The position numbers and the translations under genes were made by a program. From positions 1-35,877 of the forward strand of contig JAZSNX010000085.1 of NCBI GenBank assembly GCA_045536665.1: a stretch of DNA of 35,877 bases, read 5' to 3'. Below are positions 16,895-24,376 of this stretch, one piece after another (position 1 is the first letter of the stretch; each line of letters begins with the position of its first letter). The stretch is from Eubacteriales bacterium (GTDB lineage: Bacteria > Bacillota > Clostridia > Oscillospirales > CAG-272). A model generated the notes under the pieces. The model did not search any database. It had not been told where the DNA came from and saw only the letters and a program-made list of their open reading frames with translations.

Positions 16895-17383
16895 ATGGTA
16901 CATTATGAGATAAGATCGGTCTCGGAGCACGAGCTTGACGCGTGTCTTGACACGCTGCACGCGGCGTTTGGAGAAAGCGAAAAGCGATTTGGATATACCA
17001 AAGAGAGCTATCCCTCAAGCGGTGCTTATATAACGCTTGACGACCTGAAAGCGGCCAAGCGAAGGGGCGTGCATATGTACGCGGCTTACGTTGGTGATGT
17101 GGTCGCGGGATACGTCCAGCTTGAAAAGAAAAAGGACGGAGTTTACGTATTCCGTCGCTTTGCCGTGCTTCCCGAATATCAGAATTTAGGACTTGGCAAG
17201 GCGCTCATCGCCCATTGCCGCAAGCGCGCCGCCGCGATAGGAGTAAGACGCATAGAGCTTTTGATGATGTATGAAAACACAGAGCTGCTTGCTTTTTACG
17301 AGCGAAACGGCTTTCGTCTCTTGCGAACGGGCAAGGACGAAAAATATCCGTTTGAGTACGCTATAATGGAAATGGAAATATAA
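16895..17383 (+). CDS. GNAT family N-acetyltransferase
   Basis: Acetyl-CoA binding motif VLPEYQNLGLGKALI. It starts 18 nt after cysK. Confidence 0.75.
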   Translation: MVHYEIRSVSEHELDACLDTLHAAFGESEKRFGYTKESYPSSGAYITLDDLKAAKRRGVHMYAAYVGDVVAGYVQLEKKKDGVYVFRRFAVLPEYQNLGLGKALIAHCRKRAAAIGVRRIELLMMYENTELLAFYERNGFRLLRTGKDEKYPFEYAIMEMEI

Positions 17384-17439
17384 ATGAGCCACCATAGCCG
17401 AGCCTTGGCGAAAAAATCAAAACTTTTTTTCAAAAGGTA

Positions 17440-17468
17440 TTGACAAACGTTTTTTTGCGTGCTATAAT
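17440..17468 (+). promoter_or_regulatory. Promoter of the T-box leader
   Basis: TTGACA (17440-17445), 17 nt, TATAAT (17463-17468). Confidence 0.7.
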
Positions 17469-17474
17469 ATGAAA

Positions 17475-17757
17475 AAATTTGAATATCACAAATAACGACT
17501 ATGATGAAGACGGTCGGATGTTGAAGCTTGACAGAGAGCTGCCGTGCGGTGCGAGGCAGTAGCAAATATTTCCAAATAACCTATCACTTCTAAATCAGAG
17601 GACCGAAAGGCAATGCTTAGTAGACTCCTTCCGTATTGCTGCGTGAAAGCAAAGGGCTTGTAAGAGCTCGGTAAGTGACGGAATTTTTCCGTAATTTGAG
17701 TGGTACCGCGGGTTTATAACTCGTCTCAAGGAATTTCTTTTGAGACGGGTTTTTTGT
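17475..17757 (+). promoter_or_regulatory. T-box riboswitch leader (tRNA-sensing attenuator), probable specifier AUC (Ile)
   Basis: K-turn-like GATGAAGA is at about 17512. The AG bulge AGAGAG plus distal loop GGTGCGA lie at 17533-17555. The T-box sequence TTTGAGTGGTACCGCGGG is at 17695-17712. The terminator CGTCTCAAggaatttctTTGAGACG followed by GGGTTTTTTG is at 17721-17756. ATC followed by A occurs at 17583-17586 (just before a CTTC that can pair with GAAG) and again at 17594-17597. Confidence 0.85.
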
Positions 17758-17813
17758 TTTATTCAGATTTGTAACCATTACCAAAAAAGTCACATCGAAA
17801 GGAGACAGTGAAA

Positions 17814-20117
17814 ATGGAGTACAGTTTGAAGGAAGTCGCAGGAAGAATCAAAGATCTGCGCGAAGCAAAGGGATATACGCAGGAAGAGCTTGCAAAGCTC
17901 ACGGGTGTATCCGTTGAGGAATACCGTGTCCTTGAAAAGGGAGACACGGATTTTAGCTTTACTTTTATTTACAAGTGCGCAAAGGCTTGCGACGTTGAGG
18001 TCGTCGACCTGCTTGAGGGTCGAAGCTCGACGCTTACGTCCTTTGCTATTACGAGAAAGGGAGACGGACTTAAGATTGTCAAGAAGCACGGATTTGTTTA
18101 TAACAACCTTGCGCCCAAGTTCAAGGATAAGCTCGCAGAGCCGTTCCTCGTTAAGTTCCCGTATCTGCCTGAGGAGCAGAACGCTCCCATAAAGCTCAGC
18201 TCACATAACGGCCAGGAATTTGACGTTATCGTCAAGGGCTCTCTTAAGGTTCAGGTCGGAAATCACGTGGATATCCTTCACGAGGGCGACTCCATCTTCT
18301 ATAACAGCCTTATTCCCCACGGTATGATAGCCGTTAGCGAGGGTGGCTGTGAGTTCCACGCGGTCGTTCTTAATCCTCAGGACGGACTTGTAAGCGAGGA
18401 ATATCCCGAGGTGCCTTATACGACAGCTAAGGTCGTTGATAAGGAAGAGACCGAAACGAGGACCGTCGCCGACAATTTCGTGGAATCCTACTACGACGAA
18501 AACGGCGTATTCAACGGAATCAAGTTCAAGAATGACGATAAGTTCAACTTTGCGTTTGACTGCGTTGACGCTATCGCCGACAAGACTCCCGATAAGCTCG
18601 CGATGATGTGGGTCGCAAACGACAAGACCGATCGTAAGTTTACCTTTAAGGATATGAAGAAGTACTCCGCAAAGACGGCAAACTACTTCGAGTCGCTCGG
18701 AATAAAGAAGGGCGATACGGTAATGCTCGTCCTTAAGAGACACTATCAGTTCTGGTTCTGTATGCTCGCTCTCCATAAGATCGGCGCTATCGCTATCCCC
18801 GCTACAAACCAGCTCGTGGAGCACGACTTTGAGTACAGATACAAGGCGGCGGGCGTTAAGGCTATCGTTTGTACGGCAGACGGCGACGTATCCGCCGAGG
18901 CGGAAAAGGCAGCGGCGCACTTCCCCGGAATGCTCAAGATATTGGTTGGCGGCAAAAAGGACGGCTGGAATGACTTCAACGTTGAAATGGAGCGCTTTAG
19001 CACGCATTACTTCCGCACCGAGAGCACTCCCTGTGGCAACGATCCTATGCTTATGCTCTTTACGTCGGGTACTACTGGATATCCCCGTATCGCGACACAT
19101 TCCTATAAATACGCGCTCGGTCACTATCCCACCGCAAAGCATTGGCACAACGTAAATCCGAACGGCTTGCACTTCACTATTTCGGATACAGGCTGGGGTA
19201 AGGCTCTTTGGGGAAAGCTGTACGGTCAGTGGCTGTGCGAGGCGGGTATATTTACATATGACTTCGACAGATTCCATTCCGAGGATATCCTGCCGATGTT
19301 CGCGAAATATCATATCACAACGTTCTGCGCTCCCCCCACGATGTACCGCTTCTTTATAAAGGAGGATCTGTCAAAGTACGATCTCTCCTCTATCGAGTAC
19401 GCGACGACAGCCGGCGAGGCGCTCAACCCCGAGGTATTCAACCAGTTCAAGAAGGCGACGGGACTTACCATTATGGAAGGCTTCGGTCAGACCGAAACTA
19501 CTCTTTCTATCGCAAACTTCGTCGGCTCTACGCCCAAGATCGGTTCTATGGGAAGACCCAGTCCTCTTTATGACGTTGTGGTTCTTGATCCCGACGGCAA
19601 CGAGTGCAGTATCGGTGACACGGGTGAGATCTGTATCCGCACAAAGGACAGCGTTCCCTGCGGACTCTTTATCGGATACTATCTTGACAAGGAAAAGACC
19701 GAGGACGTTTGGCACGACGGATATTACCACACGGGTGATACCGCTACCATGGACGAGGACGGATATCTGTGGTACGTCGGACGTATCGACGACGTTATCA
19801 AATCGTCGGGATACCGTATCGGCCCGTTTGAGATAGAAAGCGTTATTATGGAGCTTCCATACGTTCTCGAATGCGCGGTCACTCCCGTTCCCGATGAGGT
19901 GCGCGGACAGATAGTAAAGGCGACTGTCGTGCTCGTTAAGGGCAAAGAGGGCAGCGACGCGCTCAAGAAGGAGATCCAGGAATACGTTAAGACGCACACC
20001 GCGCCTTATAAGTATCCGAGAATAGTTGAGTTTGTCGACGAGCTTCCCAAGACCATCAGCGGTAAGGTAAGACGTGTCGAGATCCGCAAAAACGATTTGG
20101 AAAAATTGCAGAAGTAA
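17814..20117 (+). CDS. Fusion protein: XRE-type HTH + cupin + AMP-forming medium-chain acyl-CoA synthetase (ACSM/MACS-like)
   Basis: The ATG at 17814 lies 9 nt after an AAAGGAG RBS. HTH: GYTQEELAKLTGVSVEEYRVLEKG. Cupin: GQEFDVIVKGSLKVQVGNHVDILHEGDSIFYNSLIPHGM. Adenylation motifs: FTSGTTGYPR, YHTGD, GRIDDVIKSSGYRIGPFEIES, PKTISGKVRR. Confidence 0.85.
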   Translation: MEYSLKEVAGRIKDLREAKGYTQEELAKLTGVSVEEYRVLEKGDTDFSFTFIYKCAKACDVEVVDLLEGRSSTLTSFAITRKGDGLKIVKKHGFVYNNLAPKFKDKLAEPFLVKFPYLPEEQNAPIKLSSHNGQEFDVIVKGSLKVQVGNHVDILHEGDSIFYNSLIPHGMIAVSEGGCEFHAVVLNPQDGLVSEEYPEVPYTTAKVVDKEETETRTVADNFVESYYDENGVFNGIKFKNDDKFNFAFDCVDAIADKTPDKLAMMWVANDKTDRKFTFKDMKKYSAKTANYFESLGIKKGDTVMLVLKRHYQFWFCMLALHKIGAIAIPATNQLVEHDFEYRYKAAGVKAIVCTADGDVSAEAEKAAAHFPGMLKILVGGKKDGWNDFNVEMERFSTHYFRTESTPCGNDPMLMLFTSGTTGYPRIATHSYKYALGHYPTAKHWHNVNPNGLHFTISDTGWGKALWGKLYGQWLCEAGIFTYDFDRFHSEDILPMFAKYHITTFCAPPTMYRFFIKEDLSKYDLSSIEYATTAGEALNPEVFNQFKKATGLTIMEGFGQTETTLSIANFVGSTPKIGSMGRPSPLYDVVVLDPDGNECSIGDTGEICIRTKDSVPCGLFIGYYLDKEKTEDVWHDGYYHTGDTATMDEDGYLWYVGRIDDVIKSSGYRIGPFEIESVIMELPYVLECAVTPVPDEVRGQIVKATVVLVKGKEGSDALKKEIQEYVKTHTAPYKYPRIVEFVDELPKTISGKVRRVEIRKNDLEKLQK

Positions 20118-20130
20118 ATAGCAAAATTTA

Positions 20131-20165
20131 AAATCGGCAGAGATATTGTTTCTTTGCCGATTTTA
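20131..20165 (+). terminator. Terminator after the acyl-CoA synthetase gene
   Basis: AATCGGCAGAGAtattgttTCTTTGCCGATT (one mismatch) followed by TTT. Confidence 0.6.
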
Positions 20166-20184
20166 TGTTATAATAAATTGGGTG

Positions 20185-20518
20185 ATGGAAATGGAAAAGT
20201 TTGAAAAAAGGAAAACCACGAGATTGCAAGGCTTTGATTATAACCGTACAGGTGCGTTTTTTCTTACGATATGCACCAAAGATAGGCGTTGCTTGCTCTT
20301 GACAGAGGACGCCGGTCCCTACAATACAAAACACAGAGCCCTCGAAGTTTGTCTCTACGTTCAAGCGATTTTGTAATAAAGAATACGGAGAAAACATTTG
20401 GCAATACCGTTCCAACGATCATATTATACGCAATCGCGCTGACTACGAGGAGCATTTGAGATATATACACGAGAATCCATTGCGCTGGCAATTTGATAAA
20501 TTGTACGTTGAAGAATAA
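20185..20518 (+). pseudogene. Internally deleted, frameshifted RAYT/IS200-like (Y1, HUH) transposase relic
   Basis: The N-terminal piece reads RLQGFDYNRTGAFFLTICTKDRRCLL (frame of 20185). The C-terminal piece reads FVSTFKRFCNKEYGENIWQYRSNDHIIRNRADYEEHLRYIHENPLRWQ in the +1 frame and ends at 20518. The HUH-containing middle (about 70 aa in intact homologues) is absent, and the usual YDH tyrosine reads NDH. Confidence 0.6.
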
Positions 20519-20529
20519 GGAGATATTCA

Positions 20530-21030
20530 ATGAAAAATCAATACAAAATAACAAAGGAATTGATGATGTCTTGGGCAAAGGAATATTATTTACAAGGTGT
20601 CTCAAACATCTTGTTGTTTGTTCTATGGGCTTTTGTCGGAATTATGGGAGCGGGATTCTTGTGTCTGTTTATAGCTGTTGGCGGAAGCTTGACGAGCATA
20701 GCTTTGTCGATATTTTTTATAGTTATATCGGTCTTTAAGTTGTTTTTTTCTCGCTTTTTTGTGTTGTCAAACAGATATAAGTTATATTCAAAAACTTATG
20801 GAGTCAGCGAATGGCTTCGTACGACGGAGTTTTGCGACGATCACATCGTTCTAACGGATCATAATTCGGTTACAAGAATGAAATACAGTAATATCAAAAA
20901 AATCGTAGAAAAAGATAACGTTGTTATGATATTTTTTAACAACAATCTGGCGGTAAGACTTTATAAAGATGCTTTCGTTGAGGGTAATTGGGACGAATGC
21001 AAGGCGAAGCTTAACAGTGTACATAAATAA
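20530..21030 (+). CDS. YcxB-like membrane protein (two TM helices plus a C-terminal bPH-like domain)
   Basis: Two hydrophobic helices (ILLFVLWAFVGIMGAGFLCLFIAV, SIALSIFFIVISVF) and a C-terminal ..DDHIVLTDHNSVTRMKYSNIKKIVEKDNVVMIFFNNNLAVRLYK.. pattern. The gene is AT-rich. Confidence 0.5.
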   Translation: MKNQYKITKELMMSWAKEYYLQGVSNILLFVLWAFVGIMGAGFLCLFIAVGGSLTSIALSIFFIVISVFKLFFSRFFVLSNRYKLYSKTYGVSEWLRTTEFCDDHIVLTDHNSVTRMKYSNIKKIVEKDNVVMIFFNNNLAVRLYKDAFVEGNWDECKAKLNSVHK

Positions 21031-21036
21031 AAATTT

Positions 21037-21065
21037 CCCCCGACGGATTATCGATCCGTCGGGGG
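21037..21065. terminator. Bidirectional terminator between convergent genes
   Basis: CCCCCGACGGATtatcGATCCGTCGGGGG hairpin, with an A-run upstream and GTTTTT shortly downstream. Confidence 0.65.
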
Positions 21066-21084
21066 AGTCCGTTTTTAACGATTC

Positions 21085-21567
21085 TTACGTCATAGACGCT
21101 ATATTTATAACTCTGAGACCTTGCTTTTTGGCATAGTCGAGCGTGTATGCCGTGCCGCCCTCGCTTTTCTTGCAAAAGGCAACGCAAAAGCTTGCGCCCT
21201 TTACCAAGCATCTGTCTCGGTGGAGCATACACCATTTTGTGTATTCCTCGGAGGTGTAGGTCACCTCGTCGGCGTTGTCCATGATAAACTCATAAACCTG
21301 CATATTGTAGCCGTTCCATTTGTCAGTTTGGTTTTTGCAGGGCAGGAAAAGATGGAGCTTTATGTGAGGATATTTTTTCTTTTTGTCTATGACCTTTAGC
21401 GCCGCGAGAGTGTCAAAGCCTATTGCGCCGCCCGCGCGGAAAATTGTGACTCCGCTTTCGCAAAGCTTGTCCACAACGTCGTCAAGCACCTCGCCAAGGC
21501 GCTCTCTTTCGCTTCGGTCGATATTTCTGTGTCCTGTAAAGCAGCAGATATATTCCCCTGTCGACAT
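21085..21567 (-). CDS. SLOG-fold protein of the DUF1273 / YpsA family
   Basis: CCFTGHRNI N-terminal motif and the glycine-rich loop FRAGGAIGFDTLAA. At 160 aa the size is typical of YpsA-like proteins. Confidence 0.7.
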   Translation of the reverse strand: MSTGEYICCFTGHRNIDRSERERLGEVLDDVVDKLCESGVTIFRAGGAIGFDTLAALKVIDKKKKYPHIKLHLFLPCKNQTDKWNGYNMQVYEFIMDNADEVTYTSEEYTKWCMLHRDRCLVKGASFCVAFCKKSEGGTAYTLDYAKKQGLRVINIASMT

Positions 21568-21657
21568 ATCCTCACCCCCTCTTTTTCGCTTGTGTTAATT
21601 ATACCATACGAAAAAAGTGCTTGTCAAGTTGAGAGCTGTATATAAACAAAATCTTTC

Positions 21658-21686
21658 TTGACAAATTTTGACGGATATATTATACT
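21658..21686 (+). promoter_or_regulatory. Promoter for the YfcC-type transporter operon
   Basis: TTGACA (21658-21663), 17 nt, TATACT (21681-21686). Confidence 0.55.
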
Positions 21687-21717
21687 ATACTTATATTTAT
21701 TGAGAGGTCGGTTTTTG

Positions 21718-23121
21718 ATGAGTAATACTAAGCAGAGCAAGGGCTTGGGAATAAGCGCGAGATCTTTTATCGCGGCTCTCGCTATTCTTTTTATTTTGAT
21801 GTGTCTTACGTACGCGGTTACGTTCATAATTCCCGGCGGTGAATACCAAAGAATGACGGACGAAAACGGCGCTACGGTGATAGTTTCGGATAGCTTCGCT
21901 TACGTGGACGGCGGCTTGCCGTTCTGGAAATGGCTGTGCTCACCCGTGCTTGTGCTCGGAGCTGAGGGCAGCGGAACTATAATCGCCGTGATCGCGTTTT
22001 TGCTTGTGGTCGGCGGTGTGTTTAACGCGCTTGATAAGAGCGGACTTATGAAATATATGCTTGACAGGATAGTTCACCGCTTTGGCGCTGTCAGATATAA
22101 GCTGCTTGCCGTTGTTGTTCTGTTCTTTATGGCAATGGGCGCGTTTATCGGCTCGTTCGAGGAGTGCGTTCCGCTCGTGCCTATCGTGGTGGCTCTTGCC
22201 GTGGCTCTCGGCTTTGACGAGCTGACGGGACTTGGAATGAGCTTGCTCGCTATCGGCTGCGGATTTTCGTCGGGCGTGTGCAATCCCTTTACCGTTGGAG
22301 TCGCGCAAGAGCTTGCGGGGCTGCCGATGTTTTCCGGAATGTGGATGAGATTGCTCGCTTTCGCGCTTATCTACGGACTTGTTTTTCTCTTTGTGTTTCT
22401 CCGCGCCAGACGGGTGGCAAAGCCGCTTGACGAGATCACGGTAAACAGCGGCTTTGTAAGCGACAAAAAAATGGACAGAGGACTTATAGCCTTTGTTGCG
22501 GTGCTCGGTACGGGAATTCTCTTGGTTCTGTCGTCGGTGTGGATAACTGTGCTTCAGGACTACACGATGATAATAGTCGCGCTTATGTTCCTTGTTGCGG
22601 GTGTCAGCGCGGTGCTCCTGGCGGGAATGAAGCTCCCCTCTCTCGGAAAGCACTTTATAAACGGACTTATCAGCATACTTCCCGCCGTGCTTATGATACT
22701 TATGGCAAGCTCGATAAAGTATACGCTAACAGAGGGCAAGATACTTGATACGCTTCTTTATTCGGCGGTAGAGCTTGCGGAAACGCTTCCCCGCCCCGTG
22801 ATGGTGCTGTTTATCTATCTTATCGTTCTTGTTATGAACTTCTTTATAAGCTCGGGCTCGGCAAAGGCGTTCTTGCTTATGCCGCTTATCATACCGCTTG
22901 CTCAGATATTCGGTATTTCCTCACAGCTCGCCGTTCTCGCCTTTGGCTTTGGCGACGGCTTTTCAAACATACTCTACCCCACAAACCCCGTGCTTCTTAT
23001 AAGCCTTGGACTTGCGGGTGTCAGCTACACAAAGTGGTTTAAGTGGACGTGGAAGCTCCAGCTTGCCATTCTTGCGCTCACCTCGGGACTGCTTATGCTC
23101 GGATACGTGATAGGATATTAA
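21718..23121 (+). CDS. YfcC / DcuC-superfamily anaerobic carrier (multi-pass membrane transporter)
   Basis: The ATG at 21718 (MSNTKQSKG) follows a GAGAGG RBS. There are about 11-12 hydrophobic helices, and the N-terminal SARSFIAALAILFILM..IIPGGEYQR is typical of YfcC-like proteins. Confidence 0.7.
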   Translation: MSNTKQSKGLGISARSFIAALAILFILMCLTYAVTFIIPGGEYQRMTDENGATVIVSDSFAYVDGGLPFWKWLCSPVLVLGAEGSGTIIAVIAFLLVVGGVFNALDKSGLMKYMLDRIVHRFGAVRYKLLAVVVLFFMAMGAFIGSFEECVPLVPIVVALAVALGFDELTGLGMSLLAIGCGFSSGVCNPFTVGVAQELAGLPMFSGMWMRLLAFALIYGLVFLFVFLRARRVAKPLDEITVNSGFVSDKKMDRGLIAFVAVLGTGILLVLSSVWITVLQDYTMIIVALMFLVAGVSAVLLAGMKLPSLGKHFINGLISILPAVLMILMASSIKYTLTEGKILDTLLYSAVELAETLPRPVMVLFIYLIVLVMNFFISSGSAKAFLLMPLIIPLAQIFGISSQLAVLAFGFGDGFSNILYPTNPVLLISLGLAGVSYTKWFKWTWKLQLAILALTSGLLMLGYVIGY

Positions 23122-23147
23122 CTATAGAAATATTGGAGGACTTGACG

Positions 23148-24314
23148 ATGAAGGATCAACGTGTTTCAGCGGTTCTCGCTGAGCTTGACCGAGAATTTAA
23201 CAAAGAGGCGCTCGATTGGCTTATCGGTATGTACGACCCCAAAAGCGGAGGTATGTACTATTCGGGTTCATCTCGTGATAACGAGCAATTCGAGCCCGAC
23301 ATAGAAAGCACCACGCAGACGGTATCCTTGCTCCAAAATCTCGGACTTATAAATACCGACGAAAATGGTATTGCGACGGACGTTCCCGAATGGTTTGCGG
23401 CGGGGGCGTGTGAGTTCCTGAGATCTCGCCAGGACGAGAGCGACGGCTACTTCTACGACCCGATATACAGAGATATATCACCCAAGTCAAAAAAAGAGCG
23501 CAACACCAGCTTCACGGTTGAAGCCCTTAAGACGCTTGGTATGTCTCCACTTTATTTAACGGCTACGCAAAGGCTGTCCGATACGGTAAACGCGGACGAC
23601 AACGATCAGTCGATGTACGCTACAAAGGAAAGCTATCTTGAGTGGCTGGATAAAAACGCAGAGGAGAGGGGAGACAGCTATCATTGGGGTAGCGACCTCG
23701 CTTGCGCAAGACCTATGATAATCGCCTCGGGACATCTGCATACGACTGTTGAGTGGCTGAAGAAAAGACAAAACACGCAAAACGGAACTTGGGAAGATGA
23801 GTTTAATATGACTGCTGTCAACGGCGTCCTTAAGATACGCGGATATTTTAATGAAAATACCGAGGTTTTTCCAAATTACGATACTTATATACGTAATACC
23901 GTAGAATTTACAAAGACCTTTGAGCCCGAATTTGCCGCTTATGCGTGGAATCCGATAGGCTCGGTAAAGCGTATTATCGAAACACTTCCCGTCGAGCCAT
24001 CTGATGACATCAAGGCGTTGATCAGTGAGAGCGCCGCGGATATGGTCGCAAACACGACCGTACAGATTCGAAGATTCCGACAGCCTGATGGTGGATTCGG
24101 CTATAGCACCAAGGGTAGCAGTCCGCGTTCAAATCGAGTTACGGTTTCTCTCGGACTTACCGAGGGTGACGTCAACGCCCTCGCACTTATGGCGCTTATC
24201 TATAATGACGCATACAAGCTTTGCGGAGTTCCAAGCTCCCGCGTATGGTCAGAGCACCGCGACTATTTTTGGTCGGAAATGAAAAAGAAATACGACGCGG
24301 TACACGCCGAATAG
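23148..24314 (+). CDS. Hypothetical protein with prenyltransferase/terpene-cyclase-like (QW-type) repeats, probable alpha/alpha toroid
   Basis: The ATG at 23148 follows a TTGGAGGA RBS. Repeated R(S/K/F)RQ..(D/N)G.(F/W) units are visible: RSRQDESDGYFYD, KKRQNTQNGTWED, RRFRQPDGGFGYS. It starts 27 nt after the transporter gene. Confidence 0.45.
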   Translation: MKDQRVSAVLAELDREFNKEALDWLIGMYDPKSGGMYYSGSSRDNEQFEPDIESTTQTVSLLQNLGLINTDENGIATDVPEWFAAGACEFLRSRQDESDGYFYDPIYRDISPKSKKERNTSFTVEALKTLGMSPLYLTATQRLSDTVNADDNDQSMYATKESYLEWLDKNAEERGDSYHWGSDLACARPMIIASGHLHTTVEWLKKRQNTQNGTWEDEFNMTAVNGVLKIRGYFNENTEVFPNYDTYIRNTVEFTKTFEPEFAAYAWNPIGSVKRIIETLPVEPSDDIKALISESAADMVANTTVQIRRFRQPDGGFGYSTKGSSPRSNRVTVSLGLTEGDVNALALMALIYNDAYKLCGVPSSRVWSEHRDYFWSEMKKKYDAVHAE

Positions 24315-24330
24315 CTGTAGCAACGATTTT

Positions 24331-24367
24331 GGGAGAAACTTCTTTAAAGAAGTTTCTCCCGTTTTTA
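24331..24367. terminator. Terminator between convergent genes
   Basis: GGGAGAAACTTCTTTAAAGAAGTTTCTCCC followed by GTTTTTATTT. Confidence 0.7.
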
Positions 24368-24376
24368 TTTGCTGTA

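Noticed and set aside
18201-19313. 370-aa ORF on the minus strand
   Set aside because: It is antisense to the acyl-CoA synthetase gene, which carries all adenylation motifs. It has no recognisable motif and is a shadow ORF.
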